The notes: generated from the sequence alone by a model not told the origin. Positions 28,109 through 39,358 are shown, counted from the first letter of the stretch. The stretch is 64,000 nucleotides of DNA from an uncultured Gammaproteobacteria bacterium (GCA_964348825.1 CAYGDX010000001.1:367463-431462); one strand, 5' to 3'. Numbers and translations are program-made.

Positions 28109-28285
28109 GATTTATTAACCTTTATATAATTGTGATTATTGTTGTATTTAGTTGTAAAAATTACATTTTTGCGTATTTTTATTTATAAACCATCTTACAA
28201 TAAATGACGAAATATGTCAAGGGAAATTTTTTTAAATAAAAAAACAGAGCTTTTACCCTGTTTTTAGATCAAAATAGTTAATTAT

Positions 28286-28756
28286 TTACCTCACCGCCAC
28301 AATTTCGTATTTCATTATACCTTTAGGCACTTTAACATCCACCTCATCGCCTTTCATACGCCCTAAAAAGGCCTGCCCGAGTGGTGATTCGTTGGAAATA
28401 AGGCCTTGAGCAGGACTTGCTTCATTTGAACCTACAATGGTAAATTCGCGCTGCACGCCATCAATTTTTACAACTACAGTTGAGCCAATATTAACGAGGC
28501 CCGCTCCACCCGATGACTCGTCAATTATTTCGGCATTTTTTAAAATATTTTCAATTTCAATAATCCGGCCTTCAATAAAACCTTGCTCATCTTTAGCTTC
28601 GGCATACTCGGCATTTTCCGACAAATCACCCAGCTCTTTGGCTTCGCGAATACGATGCGCCACATCGAGCCGGCGATTCGTTTTTAAATCGAGTAACTCT
28701 TTTTTTATTCTAGCTAAACCATCTTTGGTCATGTAGGCCTGTGAATCTGCACTCAT
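28286..28756 (-). CDS. greA: Transcription elongation factor GreA
   Basis: N-terminal coiled coil with acidic tip and a C-terminal FKBP-like domain. The sequence is typical of GreA. Confidence 0.85.
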   Translation of the reverse strand: MSADSQAYMTKDGLARIKKELLDLKTNRRLDVAHRIREAKELGDLSENAEYAEAKDEQGFIEGRIIEIENILKNAEIIDESSGGAGLVNIGSTVVVKIDGVQREFTIVGSNEASPAQGLISNESPLGQAFLGRMKGDEVDVKVPKGIMKYEIVAVR

Positions 28757-28785
28757 ATAAATAAGATAATAAATACCCTAAGAAG

Positions 28786-28818
28786 GGAAAATAATTAAAC
28801 GCCCGTAATTTGGGCGAC
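28786..28818 (-). terminator. Putative terminator after mrdA
   Basis: CGCCC/GGGCG stem with a 7-nt loop, followed on the minus strand by TTTAATTATTTT. Confidence 0.3.
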
Positions 28819-28839
28819 AAAAGTAAGATAAAACAAATA

Positions 28840-30762
28840 TTATTTCTTGTCAAGAAAACTTGATTGATTCGCTGCGTACCAGCTAAATATTTCACGCGCG
28901 ATTGGTACTGCCACGCTAGAGCCCTCACCGCCATTTTCAAGCATCACCACTAGTGCAATTTCTGGCTTGTCGTATGGCGCGTAACCAGCAAACCAAGCGT
29001 GTGGCATTTTGCCAGTGCCCGCTTGAGCCGTACCAGTTTTTCCAGCCACGGCAATTGGTAAAGTATTTAAACTACGAGCACTACCACTAACTACCGTTTG
29101 CCGCATCCCCTGCCTTACAACTTCAAAAACTTCTGGACGTAAATTAACTGTTGGATAATTTTTATCATCGGTAGCACTTAAATTATTTTTTTTATCATCT
29201 GATATTTTAAAATTTATTAATTTGCCATTATTTAATAAAGCCACATAACTTTTGAGTAACTCAAGTGGCGTAACAAGTAAATTGCCTTGGCCAATGGAAA
29301 TATTATAGGTATCACCTAAAAACCAACGATCATTTAAAGTTTTTTGTTTCCACTCCGGGCTGGGTACAACTCCCGCTTCAACTTGTGGTAAATCTATTTG
29401 CGGCGCTTCATTAAATTTAAATTGTTTTAAATAAGATGTAATTCTATTTACCCCCAAACCCTCTCGTTCATTATTTCCCCCGCCAGTTAAATAAAAAAAT
29501 GTGTTGACTGATTCGGCTATTGCTTGAATAACATTTACCCGACCATGCCCACCTGGTTTCCAATCGGCAAAAAACCTGTTCCCTAATTGCACCCCGCCAG
29601 TACTTAAAAAGGTAGTGCTCGGTGTTATAACATTCTCCTGTAAAGCTCCAGCCGCAATAATTGGCTTAATAGTTGAACCGGGCGGATAAGTAGCTTGCAG
29701 AACGCGATTAAATAAAGGACGACTAGAATTACTTAATAAATTTTTAATGATTTTATTATCACGTTTGATAGTAAAAACATTGGGATTAAAACTGGGGTAA
29801 CTCGTAAGCGCTAAAATTTGACCGCTTTGTACTTCGGTTACAACCACCGAACCGCTAATACCTCGTGGTGCCGCGGCGCGAGCTAAAGCTGTAAAGGCGA
29901 GTTCTTGCAAATCAGCATCCACACTTAAATAAAAATCTTGCCCCGGAATGGCTTTATTTTCAGTATAAATTTTAAGTTCTGTGCCACTGGGTGCTACTTC
30001 AACTTCACGTTTACCAGTAACCCCGCGCAAAACATCATCATAAGTTTTTTCAAGACCTGTTTTACCAATCAAATCATTTAAATTATAACGACCCGAATTA
30101 TTTTTATATTGATCCTCAGAAATCTGAGCAACATAGCCGAGCAAATGACCAAAAGCCGAATTATCAATGTACGACCTTACTCCCACCACTTCGATATTTA
30201 AACCTGATAGATTGTTAATTCTAGTCGCTATTTGGAGGGCTAATTCGCGTGGCAAATTATAAGCCAAAATTTGTGGTAAGTAATTACTTGATTTTAAATT
30301 TTGTAAATTATCTGTTTCCAAAAGTTCAGTGGGCACATCTTTCAATAAATCATTAAGCAGTGCTTCACGCTCATTAGCTTGCTTAGGCAAACTAGCTGGC
30401 ACCACTGTTAATCTAAACCCAGGCACTGTGCTGGCTAAAATTTTACCACGTCGATCATAAATCACACCACGCGGAGCTGGAATAAATTGCGTACGAATTC
30501 TATTACCCTCGGCCACTGATCGTAAATATCCACCCTGACTCACTTGTAAATAAATTAAACGCGAAAGTCCTCCTAAAATTAATATGCCTAAAATTATAGC
30601 AAAAATACTAGGCCACCTTTCGCTAATAACGCGCCGGAGTGAAGCGAGCCCCACTTCACCTAAAGTTGAACCTTCAAACAAGCGATAACTAAAACCCCTA
30701 ACATTTCGATCAGAAATGTCACCGCCCCGAGTTTTAATAGCAAATGGATCAGAATTTTTCAT
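28840..30762 (-). CDS. mrdA: Penicillin-binding protein 2 (elongasome transpeptidase)
   Basis: PBP dimerisation domain plus transpeptidase motifs STIK, SxN (SVN) and KTG(T). It is located directly after mreD. Confidence 0.85.
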   Translation of the reverse strand: MKNSDPFAIKTRGGDISDRNVRGFSYRLFEGSTLGEVGLASLRRVISERWPSIFAIILGILILGGLSRLIYLQVSQGGYLRSVAEGNRIRTQFIPAPRGVIYDRRGKILASTVPGFRLTVVPASLPKQANEREALLNDLLKDVPTELLETDNLQNLKSSNYLPQILAYNLPRELALQIATRINNLSGLNIEVVGVRSYIDNSAFGHLLGYVAQISEDQYKNNSGRYNLNDLIGKTGLEKTYDDVLRGVTGKREVEVAPSGTELKIYTENKAIPGQDFYLSVDADLQELAFTALARAAAPRGISGSVVVTEVQSGQILALTSYPSFNPNVFTIKRDNKIIKNLLSNSSRPLFNRVLQATYPPGSTIKPIIAAGALQENVITPSTTFLSTGGVQLGNRFFADWKPGGHGRVNVIQAIAESVNTFFYLTGGGNNEREGLGVNRITSYLKQFKFNEAPQIDLPQVEAGVVPSPEWKQKTLNDRWFLGDTYNISIGQGNLLVTPLELLKSYVALLNNGKLINFKISDDKKNNLSATDDKNYPTVNLRPEVFEVVRQGMRQTVVSGSARSLNTLPIAVAGKTGTAQAGTGKMPHAWFAGYAPYDKPEIALVVMLENGGEGSSVAVPIAREIFSWYAANQSSFLDKK

Positions 30763-31239
30763 TTATTTTTTCTTATTAGCTGACAAATATTTAAATCCAA
30801 AACCTAAAATTAAATTTCCCATAATCACTAGTAGTACCCAACCAAAATAAAATTGCGACTTGAATGGATTCAACTGATTATTAAGTTGCCAAACCATAAA
30901 TTCTAAAATACCAAGCCACAATAAATTTAAAATTATTCCCGCCATTAATCTAAACCATAATTCATCAAAACGTTTAACCAAATTATTGATTTGTTTAAAA
31001 ATTGGCCAAATTATTAAGGTGGTAATTGTAAAAATTGGTTGGAACTCAAAATTAGACCAATCGGTCAAAATACTGGCAACAAGCAGTGGTAAAATATATA
31101 GCTGGTTGGTAAATAATAAATATGATACCGCAATAATCGGCAAAATTGGCAAAGCGGTATAATCAAAAAAAATAGTTAGTAAGTAGTAAACTAGCCAAAT
31201 TAAAATACCAAACATTAATCTTACCCACCACTTATTCAT
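30763..31239 (-). CDS. mreD: Rod shape-determining protein MreD
   Basis: 158 aa polytopic membrane protein between mreC and mrdA. Confidence 0.6.
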   Translation of the reverse strand: MNKWWVRLMFGILIWLVYYLLTIFFDYTALPILPIIAVSYLLFTNQLYILPLLVASILTDWSNFEFQPIFTITTLIIWPIFKQINNLVKRFDELWFRLMAGIILNLLWLGILEFMVWQLNNQLNPFKSQFYFGWVLLVIMGNLILGFGFKYLSANKKK

Positions 31240-32060
31240 AACTCGTTAAGTAATACTCCCACCTTATCCAAATGTTCTAAATTAAAAGGCGGCTCAATAA
31301 TAGCTGATTTAAATAACTCACCAGGTGGGGCGTCAACCACCGTAATTTTACCAATTAAAAGTCCGGCTGGCATTTTGTCATTTAAATGGCTGGTAAAAAC
31401 AAAACTGCCGGGGGCTATATTATCAGCCGCTGGTATCATACCCAGGCGTAATCCCAAATTATATTCACCCCGCACCAAACCAATTATTTTATCCTGATTT
31501 AAAACTTGACCAACTACCGCAGTATGATAATTAGAAAGCGGCCAAATTTGGCTTTGATTTTGATCAACCTGTCCAATTATACCAAGGAGTACTAAAGTTT
31601 CTAGTTGATTATTAATTTGATTGTCATTTTTTATTACAATCGCATCTCCTAAAGTTAGGCCGTCATTTTTTCCCAAATCAATTACATAAGCGTAACCATC
31701 GGCGGCGTTTAGGCGACTGATAATCGAACCGATTTTTATTTTTTTACCAATCGGCGCTTTGATTTTTAACAACTGACGCAAGTTGTTATTCTCAGCTTGT
31801 AATTTTTGAGTTGAAAAATCATTAAGCGTAACTTGAGCATTTTTAATTTTTAAATCGTTAAGCTCGTTATTTATTTGTGGGGCGTTTAAAAAGAAATTAT
31901 AGCGGGTGTATAAACTATAACCTAAACTTTCCAGTGGTCTTAATATATAACGAAAATATTTACCACTATTTAACCATTTACTGCTGCCACCTAAATAAAT
32001 TAGCGCCAGCAACAAAAGCAACCAGCTGATAATTTTTAGCAGTGATTTAGATTTAATCAT
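31236..32060 (-). CDS. mreC: Rod shape-determining protein MreC
   Basis: N-terminal TM segment, coiled coil and a beta-rich C-terminal domain. It follows mreB. Confidence 0.75.
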   Translation of the reverse strand: MIKSKSLLKIISWLLLLLALIYLGGSSKWLNSGKYFRYILRPLESLGYSLYTRYNFFLNAPQINNELNDLKIKNAQVTLNDFSTQKLQAENNNLRQLLKIKAPIGKKIKIGSIISRLNAADGYAYVIDLGKNDGLTLGDAIVIKNDNQINNQLETLVLLGIIGQVDQNQSQIWPLSNYHTAVVGQVLNQDKIIGLVRGEYNLGLRLGMIPAADNIAPGSFVFTSHLNDKMPAGLLIGKITVVDAPPGELFKSAIIEPPFNLEHLDKVGVLLNEL

Positions 32061-32147
32061 ATTGATGAGTTGATGCTAGATTCCCTCCACCATTCGCCAA
32101 CTGGTCGGCGGCGAATCACAGGGTTAACACCTTATATTTAAATTTTA

Positions 32148-33200
32148 TTAGGATCTGGGTGTGGGTGGCAACATTAAATCCCGACCAGCTTCAATATCTT
32201 CTAAAATTACACCCGTGCCTCGTACCACCGCAGTTAATGGATCGTCAACAATTTGTACTGGCACGCCCAATTCATCGGCTAGCATTCTATCTAAATGTTT
32301 AAGCATAGCGCCACCACCTGACATATACAGCCCCTTTTCATAAATATCAGCCACCAATTCCGGCGGAGTGGCTTCAATAGTATCTTTAACATTAACAACC
32401 AATAGTCGTATAACTTTTTGTAGTGATTCGCGCACTTGCCCATCGTTTATAATTACTTCGCGTGGCAGGCCTGATACTAAATCACGTCCACGGATTTTCA
32501 TTTCGAGTGGTTCATCAAGTGGTATGGCGGAACCAATTTTAATTTTAATCTCTTCGGCGGTGTGGTCGCCGAGTAGTAAACTAAAATTATCACGTACATA
32601 TTGACTAACAGCATCGGTTAATTCATCGCCCGCAATTCTAAGTGACCGCCAAGTAACAACTCCACCCAAACTAATTACCGCAATCTCAGAAGTTCCACCA
32701 CCAATATCCAAAATAAAGTGAGCTGATGGGTCGCGCACTGGTAATCGCGAGCCTAAAGCCGCCGCCATTGGTTCTTCAATTAGCATTACCTCGCGCGCGC
32801 CCGCTGAATAAGCTGCATCTTCTACCGCCTTTCTTTCTACTTCAGTTACATCAAGTGGCACACCAATAACTACGCGAGGCCTTGGTGAAATATTAAAACT
32901 TTCACGATGTACTTTTTCAATAAAATATTTAAGCATTTTTTCCGCCACTTCAAAATCTGAAATCACACCATCTTGCAGTGGCCGCGAAGCGACTAAATGC
33001 ATTGGTGTTTTTCCCACCATTTTTTTAGCTTCGTGCCCTACCGCCACAATTTGATCAAGCCGAGTATTAATTGCCACCACCGACGGTTCATTAATTACAA
33101 TGCCCTTATCTTTGACGTACACCAAAGTATTGGCCGTACCGAGGTCAATTCCAATATCTTTAGAAAATCTACCAAAAAAAGCGTCTAACATACCCTGCAT
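32148..33200 (-). CDS. mreB: Rod shape-determining protein MreB (actin homologue)
   Basis: DLGTANTLVYV, DIGGGTSE and the overall actin fold motifs. Confidence 0.9.
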   Translation of the reverse strand: MQGMLDAFFGRFSKDIGIDLGTANTLVYVKDKGIVINEPSVVAINTRLDQIVAVGHEAKKMVGKTPMHLVASRPLQDGVISDFEVAEKMLKYFIEKVHRESFNISPRPRVVIGVPLDVTEVERKAVEDAAYSAGAREVMLIEEPMAAALGSRLPVRDPSAHFILDIGGGTSEIAVISLGGVVTWRSLRIAGDELTDAVSQYVRDNFSLLLGDHTAEEIKIKIGSAIPLDEPLEMKIRGRDLVSGLPREVIINDGQVRESLQKVIRLLVVNVKDTIEATPPELVADIYEKGLYMSGGGAMLKHLDRMLADELGVPVQIVDDPLTAVVRGTGVILEDIEAGRDLMLPPTPRS

Positions 33201-33382
33201 ATCAACTTCGCTCGACCAGCTAAAACGCGGAACGAGCTAGAAATAAATAATTATCCTGAATTAACTTCTAAACTAAATATAAATTTGGCTGGTCGGAAAC
33301 CAGCGTAAGCGAAGTTGTATTGCAGGGATAATACAAATAGATTGTAATTAAATTGGCGCTTAATGTAAAGCTATTAAATTTA

Positions 33383-34627
33383 TTATTGAACACCAAAAGT
33401 ATTCAATAATTCATCTTCTGAAATCATTTTTAATTCCTGATCTCCCCGTAATTTTAATTCAATTTTATCACCCGTGCGTTCACTTATTACAGCACGATAT
33501 GATAGCCCCAGTAAATCACTATCTTGAAATTTCACACCAGCTGATTCACTACGATCATCATATAAAACTTCCACACCTTGGTTTACTAATTTTTGGTACA
33601 GTGCGTCAGCTTTATTTTTGACTATTTCCGATTCACCTAAGGCAAGTAAGTGAAGTTTAAATGGTGAAATTTCATCTGGCCAAATAATTCCCTTATCATC
33701 GTGATTCACTTCTACCACTGTACCCATCACCCGCCCTGGCCCAATACCATATGAAGCCATAATTACAAATTTACTTTCACCTGTTTCATCGTGATATTTT
33801 AAATCCAAACTTTCGGAAAATTTTGTACCGAGTTTAAAAATATTTCCCACTTCCACACTTTTACTTTCAATCAAAGTATCATTTTTACAAGTTGGGCATG
33901 TATCCCCTGCTACATTTTTACAAACTTCTTTATTTTGCGCAAAACTACACTTTGGACAATAAATTATTAAATCTTCGCCAGCTTCACAAGGTACTTGAAA
34001 TTCATGACTAAATTTTTTAGTAAAAGCACCACCCGAGGCCTCCACCACTCGCGCATTTAATCCGCAACGTTTAAAAATTTTCAAATAAGCCGCCTTTACT
34101 ATTTCGTAATAATTATCTAAATCGGCTTCCGAGGCGTGGAAACTATACAAATCTTTCATTATAAACTCACGGGTACGTAGTAAACCTGACTTGGCTCGCG
34201 GTTCATTGCGAAATTTTGTTTGTAATTGATAAACCGACCGTGGTAAATCACGATAAGAATTAATAAATTTTTTAGCTATTTCCGTTACCGGCTCTTCGTG
34301 CGTCCAAGCCAACCCCACCGCTTGACCTTTGGTTGTTTCAAATTTATACATTATTTCTTCGGGTGTAACCCAACGTCCAGTTTTTTCCCACAACTCCTTA
34401 GGTTGTAGTGAAGTCATAGTGATTTCTTGTCCACCCACCGCATTTATTTCTTCGCGGATAATTTTGCAAATTTTATTAAATACCAAATGCCCGAGTGGTA
34501 GATATGAATAAGCGCCAGCCAGCGCCTTATCAATAAAGCCGCCCTTAAGTAGTAATTGAGCGTTGATTGACACTTCTTCCGCCCCCACTGATCTTATAGT
34601 TTTAGTAAATAATTGAGATTGTTTCAT
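33383..34627 (-). CDS. proS: Prolyl-tRNA synthetase, compact form lacking the INS editing domain
   Basis: N-terminus matches ProRS (…GAYSYLPLGHLV...QP.ELW..TGRW). Class II motif 2 is FRNEPRAKSGLLRTREFIMKDLYSFH. There is a C-terminal class IIa anticodon-binding domain and an inserted Cys4 cluster (CPKC...CPTC). Confidence 0.75.
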   Translation of the reverse strand: MKQSQLFTKTIRSVGAEEVSINAQLLLKGGFIDKALAGAYSYLPLGHLVFNKICKIIREEINAVGGQEITMTSLQPKELWEKTGRWVTPEEIMYKFETTKGQAVGLAWTHEEPVTEIAKKFINSYRDLPRSVYQLQTKFRNEPRAKSGLLRTREFIMKDLYSFHASEADLDNYYEIVKAAYLKIFKRCGLNARVVEASGGAFTKKFSHEFQVPCEAGEDLIIYCPKCSFAQNKEVCKNVAGDTCPTCKNDTLIESKSVEVGNIFKLGTKFSESLDLKYHDETGESKFVIMASYGIGPGRVMGTVVEVNHDDKGIIWPDEISPFKLHLLALGESEIVKNKADALYQKLVNQGVEVLYDDRSESAGVKFQDSDLLGLSYRAVISERTGDKIELKLRGDQELKMISEDELLNTFGVQ

Positions 34628-34739
34628 ATGGTATTATCTTAGCAAATTGGCTGATTATTACAAATTTTGATTAAATTTGAAATAAAACACTCAAAAATGT
34701 GTAATAGAATTAAGGTGTTAATCATAATCATTTATACTT

Positions 34740-36500
34740 ATGTTGAATTTTTTAAAGACCAAATGGCTTACTCTAATATTAATAATAATTGCCTTAGCCG
34801 CAATTTATTATTTTTTTATTCGTACCGATAAAATTAATACGGAAGTTACCTATATTACCACACCAGTTACCCGCGGCACCTTAGCTATTACAATTGGTGG
34901 TTCTGGTCAAGTGGCTAGTGGCAATCAAGTAGAAATTAAACCGCAAGTAGCTGGCACGGTTAGCTATGTGAATGTAAAAAACGGACAGGAAGTAAAGAGT
35001 GGTGCATTGTTATTTCAAATTGATGCCAAAGAAGCTATCAAATCCGTACGTGATGCTGAAGCCAACTTAGATTCAGCTAAACTTTCTTTAGAAAAATTAT
35101 TAAAACCGGCCGACGCTTTATCGATTATTCAAGCGGAAAATTCTTTAGCCCAAAGTCAAGAATCAAAAATAAAAACGGCTAGCGCTATTACCAAGGGTTA
35201 CGACGACGCGTTTAGTGCGGTGGCTAATTCGTTTTTAGATTCCCCTACCATTATATCGGAACTTTACAACATGCTTTATGCTACAACTATCGCTGATAGC
35301 GATTATAGCGTAGGACGCGGCACTTGGAATTACAATGCCTTACTTAACACTTTAAGTAATAGTGATAACCGTCTTGATTTAGAAAAATACACTACTAAAG
35401 CGCGAACTGATTATGAATCAGTTCGCGCCTTGTATGATACAAATTTTGATAAATACAAAACCGCTGGTCGTTATGACAATACTGAAGAAATTGAATCATT
35501 ATTAACTGATACATTGAAAACTATTCGTAGTTTAGCTGAAGCCGCTAAAAGCGCCAGTAATATGTTTGACGTTTGGGTAGATTATCGCTCACAAGAAAAT
35601 AATAAAACTATAAGCGCGATCACTGCTTATCAATCAAAATTATCTGATTATATTGGTAAAACCAACAATCATTTATCCACCTTATTAAATCAACAAACCA
35701 GTTTGACCGATAATAAACAAGCTTTAATTAATGCCGACCGATCGATTAAGGAAAAAACTGAAAGTTTAGCTAAATTAAAAGCCGGAATTGATATTTTAGA
35801 TCTTAAAACACAACAACTAACTATAAAACAACGTGAAAATTCTTTACGTGATGCACAGGAAAAATTGGCTGATTATTATGTTCGTGCGCCATTTACTGGA
35901 GTGATTGCAAAATTAGATATTAAACGAGGCGACCAAGCATCGTCGGGTACCAGTCCAATTACTTTAATTACGCAAAATAAAATTGCTGAAATTTCACTAA
36001 ATGAAGTTGATGTGGCTAAAGTAAAAATTGGTCAGAAGGTTACCCTAACTTTTGACGCTATTGATAATTTAACACTCACTGGCCAAGTAGCCGAGATTGA
36101 TTCACTGGGCACCACTACCCAAGGTGTAGTTTACTACGCTGTTAAAATATCTTTTGACACGCAAGACGAACGTATAAAACCAAGTATGAGTGTTTCTGCT
36201 AATATTATTACCGAAGCGCGACCTGATATTTTAATCGTACCAAGTAGTGCCATAAAAACCAGTAACAATGGGCAAAACTATGTAGAAATTCTCGTTAATA
36301 ATACACCAGAGTCAAAAAATGTTACAGTTGGTATTAGTAACGACACTAACACTGAAATAACAGAGGGTTTAAGTGAAAATGAATCTATAATTACTCAAAC
36401 TATTCAACCTAGTGCTAACTCTACTCAAACTCCTGCTCGTAGTGGAAATTCTTTAATTCCAGGACTCGGCGGTGGCGGACAAATTAGGGGTGTACGTTAG
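34740..36500 (+). CDS. HlyD/MacA-family periplasmic adaptor (membrane fusion protein)
   Basis: N-terminal TM anchor, biotinyl-lipoyl-like and coiled-coil hairpin regions, and beta-barrel motifs. It precedes the MacB-like ABC pair. Confidence 0.75.
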   Translation: MLNFLKTKWLTLILIIIALAAIYYFFIRTDKINTEVTYITTPVTRGTLAITIGGSGQVASGNQVEIKPQVAGTVSYVNVKNGQEVKSGALLFQIDAKEAIKSVRDAEANLDSAKLSLEKLLKPADALSIIQAENSLAQSQESKIKTASAITKGYDDAFSAVANSFLDSPTIISELYNMLYATTIADSDYSVGRGTWNYNALLNTLSNSDNRLDLEKYTTKARTDYESVRALYDTNFDKYKTAGRYDNTEEIESLLTDTLKTIRSLAEAAKSASNMFDVWVDYRSQENNKTISAITAYQSKLSDYIGKTNNHLSTLLNQQTSLTDNKQALINADRSIKEKTESLAKLKAGIDILDLKTQQLTIKQRENSLRDAQEKLADYYVRAPFTGVIAKLDIKRGDQASSGTSPITLITQNKIAEISLNEVDVAKVKIGQKVTLTFDAIDNLTLTGQVAEIDSLGTTTQGVVYYAVKISFDTQDERIKPSMSVSANIITEARPDILIVPSSAIKTSNNGQNYVEILVNNTPESKNVTVGISNDTNTEITEGLSENESIITQTIQPSANSTQTPARSGNSLIPGLGGGGQIRGVR

Positions 36501-36531
36501 GTGTTTAAAAATAAAGTACTACTAAAAAAAT

Positions 36532-37209
36532 ATGATTGAGTGTCATAATCTAAATAAAATTTATAAAACCGGTGAAACTGAAACTATCGCCCTTGATAAT
36601 ATTTCGTTTACTATTGAAAATGGTGAATTTGTAGCTATTATGGGACCATCGGGCTCGGGCAAATCAACTCTCATGCATATTTTAGGTGCCCTAGACACAC
36701 CAACTTCCGGTAGTTATTTACTTGATAATGAAGATATTTCACAATTAAACGACGATGATTTAGCAGAAATTAGAAAAAAGAAAATTGGTTTTGTTTTTCA
36801 ATCTTTTAATTTACTGCCTCGCGCTACAGTACTGCGCAATGTCACACTACCTTTAGTTTACGCTGGCGTACCAAAAGCTGAGCGTGAAGCCGCGGCGCGT
36901 GAGGCCTTAAAAAATACTGGCCTTGAAGAAACTCGTTTTTATAATTTATCAAATCAACTTTCTGGTGGACAAATGCAAAGAGTAGCTATTGCCCGCGCGC
37001 TGGTGAATAATCCAAGTTTAATTTTAGCCGACGAACCAACTGGCAATTTAGATACCAAAACAGGTGAAATGGTTTTAAATACTTTTCAAAAGTTAAATAA
37101 AGAAGGTCACACTATTATTTTAATTACCCATGAGCCCGATGTAGCCACTTGGGCCAAGCGAGTAATTAATATTCGTGATGGTAAAATTATTTCTGATCAT
37201 AAAAATTAA
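36532..37209 (+). CDS. ABC transporter ATP-binding protein (MacB/LolD-like)
   Basis: Walker [11 protein letters not shown]-loop, signature [15 protein letters not shown] and Walker [12 protein letters not shown]. Confidence 0.9.
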   Translation: MIECHNLNKIYKTGETETIALDNISFTIENGEFVAIMGPSGSGKSTLMHILGALDTPTSGSYLLDNEDISQLNDDDLAEIRKKKIGFVFQSFNLLPRATVLRNVTLPLVYAGVPKAEREAAAREALKNTGLEETRFYNLSNQLSGGQMQRVAIARALVNNPSLILADEPTGNLDTKTGEMVLNTFQKLNKEGHTIILITHEPDVATWAKRVINIRDGKIISDHKN

Positions 37210-37210
37210 T

Positions 37211-38437
37211 ATGAAATTAATTGATTTGTTAGAAGAAACATATTTAGCGATTACGGTAAATAAAGCGCGCTCGAGTCTCACAATTTTAGGTATTGTAATC
37301 GGTATTGGTTCGGTAATTACCATGATTGCAGTAGGACGTGGCGCCCAAGCCACCATTGAGGATAATATTCAATCAATTGGTTCTAATTTACTTCTTATAA
37401 TGCCAGGCTCCGGGCGCGGTGGTGCTAGTGGCCCAGTTAGCGCTGGGCGCGGTTCAGCTCAAACTTTAACAGGTAGCGATGCCGAAGCAATTACTAAAGA
37501 AATAAATTTTGAAAGTAAAATTGCACCGGAAATTTCTCGCCGTTATCAAATTACCGCGCGGGGTAAAAATACCAATACACAAGTGATTGGTACCGTACCC
37601 GATTACACCACAGTACGTAATGTACAAATAGCTAGTGGTAATTTTATAACTTCAAATCAAATTACCTCAGCCGCTAAAGTGGCTATACTTGGTCCAACTA
37701 CCGCCACTGATTTATTTGCTGAAGGCGTAAGCCCAATTGACCAAACTATTCGCATTAATCGTGTAGAATTTAAAATTATTGGGGTTACTAAAAGTAAAGG
37801 CGGTACTGGTTTTGGTAATCAAGATGATGTAATTTACGTACCACTAACTACCGCGCAAAGATTTTTAGCAGGTGATAATTATGTTACAACCATTAGCGTA
37901 CAAATTAACGATCAAGCAAATATGAGCGCGGCTCAACAACAAATTACCAATATACTTTTAGCCCGTCACAATATTTCAAATCCACAACTAGCTGATTTTA
38001 ATGTTTTAAATCAATCGGATATTGTAGCAACCGCCACTAGTGTCACTGATATATTTACTATGTTACTCGCCTCAATTGCCGGTATTTCACTACTAGTCGG
38101 TGGAATTGGTATTATGAATATGATGCTAACAAATGTTACAGAACGCACCCGCGAAATTGGTTTGCGCAAAGCTATTGGCGGAAAAAGAAACGATATTTCT
38201 ACTCAATTTTTAATTGAATCAGTAATGCTTACTTTTTTAGGTGGAATATTTGGTGTAATATTAGGTTGGTTGTTAGCGCTCGGAGTCACTAAATTTGCAG
38301 GCATTACCACCGAAATAAGTTGGGAATCTGTTCTTTTGGCATTTTCAGTAGCGGCGGGAATAGGTGTAATTTTTGGTTATTATCCAGCGCGCCGAGCAGC
38401 TAAATTAAACCCGATTGAAGCGCTCCGTTATGAATAA
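37211..38437 (+). CDS. ABC transporter permease, FtsX/MacB family
   Basis: N-terminal TM segment, a large periplasmic domain and a C-terminal FtsX-type 3-TM bundle. The likely start is the ATG at 37211, immediately after the ATPase stop; the track ORF starts at 37175. Confidence 0.8.
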   Translation: MKLIDLLEETYLAITVNKARSSLTILGIVIGIGSVITMIAVGRGAQATIEDNIQSIGSNLLLIMPGSGRGGASGPVSAGRGSAQTLTGSDAEAITKEINFESKIAPEISRRYQITARGKNTNTQVIGTVPDYTTVRNVQIASGNFITSNQITSAAKVAILGPTTATDLFAEGVSPIDQTIRINRVEFKIIGVTKSKGGTGFGNQDDVIYVPLTTAQRFLAGDNYVTTISVQINDQANMSAAQQQITNILLARHNISNPQLADFNVLNQSDIVATATSVTDIFTMLLASIAGISLLVGGIGIMNMMLTNVTERTREIGLRKAIGGKRNDISTQFLIESVMLTFLGGIFGVILGWLLALGVTKFAGITTEISWESVLLAFSVAAGIGVIFGYYPARRAAKLNPIEALRYE

Positions 38438-38476
38438 ATATTTATTATTTAATTTTAATAACTAAGCACAATTTTT

Positions 38477-38938
38477 ATGAACAAAACAATCACAATCGCG
38501 GCCCTTGCGGCAATTATATTAGGTGCTATTGGTTTTTATAGTGGAATGAAGTATAGTGAATCAAAAATTCCCGCTCGGCGAGGGAATCAATTAGGGATGA
38601 TGAATGGCGCACCCGGACAATTTCAAAATGGTGCTGGAGGCCCCGCTGGAATGCGTGGCCAACGTAATGGAGAAAACGCTATGAATTTTATAGCTGGTGA
38701 AATAATTAGTCGTGACGCGCAAAGTATAACTGTAAAATTACGCGATGGTGGCTCAAAAATTATCTTTTTATCTAAAACTACAGAAATCAGCAAAACTACC
38801 GATGGCGCAATTGCCGACTTGGAGGTTGGCAAACAAATTACGGCTACTGGCACAGCTGGCACCGATGGCAATGTAACCGCGCAAATGATTCAAATTCGTC
38901 CCCTACCGCCGGTTATAACTCCACCAACTACTAAATAA
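38477..38938 (+). CDS. Hypothetical secreted Gly/Asn-rich protein
   Basis: Signal/anchor sequence followed by a low-complexity region and a beta-rich C-terminus. Confidence 0.4.
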   Translation: MNKTITIAALAAIILGAIGFYSGMKYSESKIPARRGNQLGMMNGAPGQFQNGAGGPAGMRGQRNGENAMNFIAGEIISRDAQSITVKLRDGGSKIIFLSKTTEISKTTDGAIADLEVGKQITATGTAGTDGNVTAQMIQIRPLPPVITPPTTK

Positions 38939-38950
38939 TTTTTTATATCT

Positions 38951-39358
38951 ATGACGCAAGATTTAATTTCTAATCCAAATAATAAATCAAAAATAAAAAT
39001 AATTATCAGCCTTATAATTCTGATTGTGCTTATTAGTTCAATTTGGTTTTTATACTACAAAAATAAAAACTCGCCAATCAGTCCCCCATCTAATAATACC
39101 CAAACTGAAAATACTTCTGACAAAATATATACTATGGCTGATGTATCACAACATTCTAATTCAACTAATTGTTGGGCAGTTGTGAATGGTGGTGTTTATA
39201 ATTTGACTCCATATTTATACCGCCATCCGGGTGGATATAATTATATTTTATCTATGTGTGGAAAAGACGGCTCCAGTAATTTTACTGCCCAACATGGTGG
39301 TCAAAAACGACCTGAATCAGAATTAAGTAAACTTAAAATTGGCAACTTGAGCTCATAA
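38951..39358 (+). CDS. Membrane-anchored cytochrome b5-like heme-binding domain protein
   Basis: N-terminal TM segment plus WAVVNGGVYNLTPYLYRHPGG...HG (HPGG heme-ligand motif). Confidence 0.65.
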   Translation: MTQDLISNPNNKSKIKIIISLIILIVLISSIWFLYYKNKNSPISPPSNNTQTENTSDKIYTMADVSQHSNSTNCWAVVNGGVYNLTPYLYRHPGGYNYILSMCGKDGSSNFTAQHGGQKRPESELSKLKIGNLSS

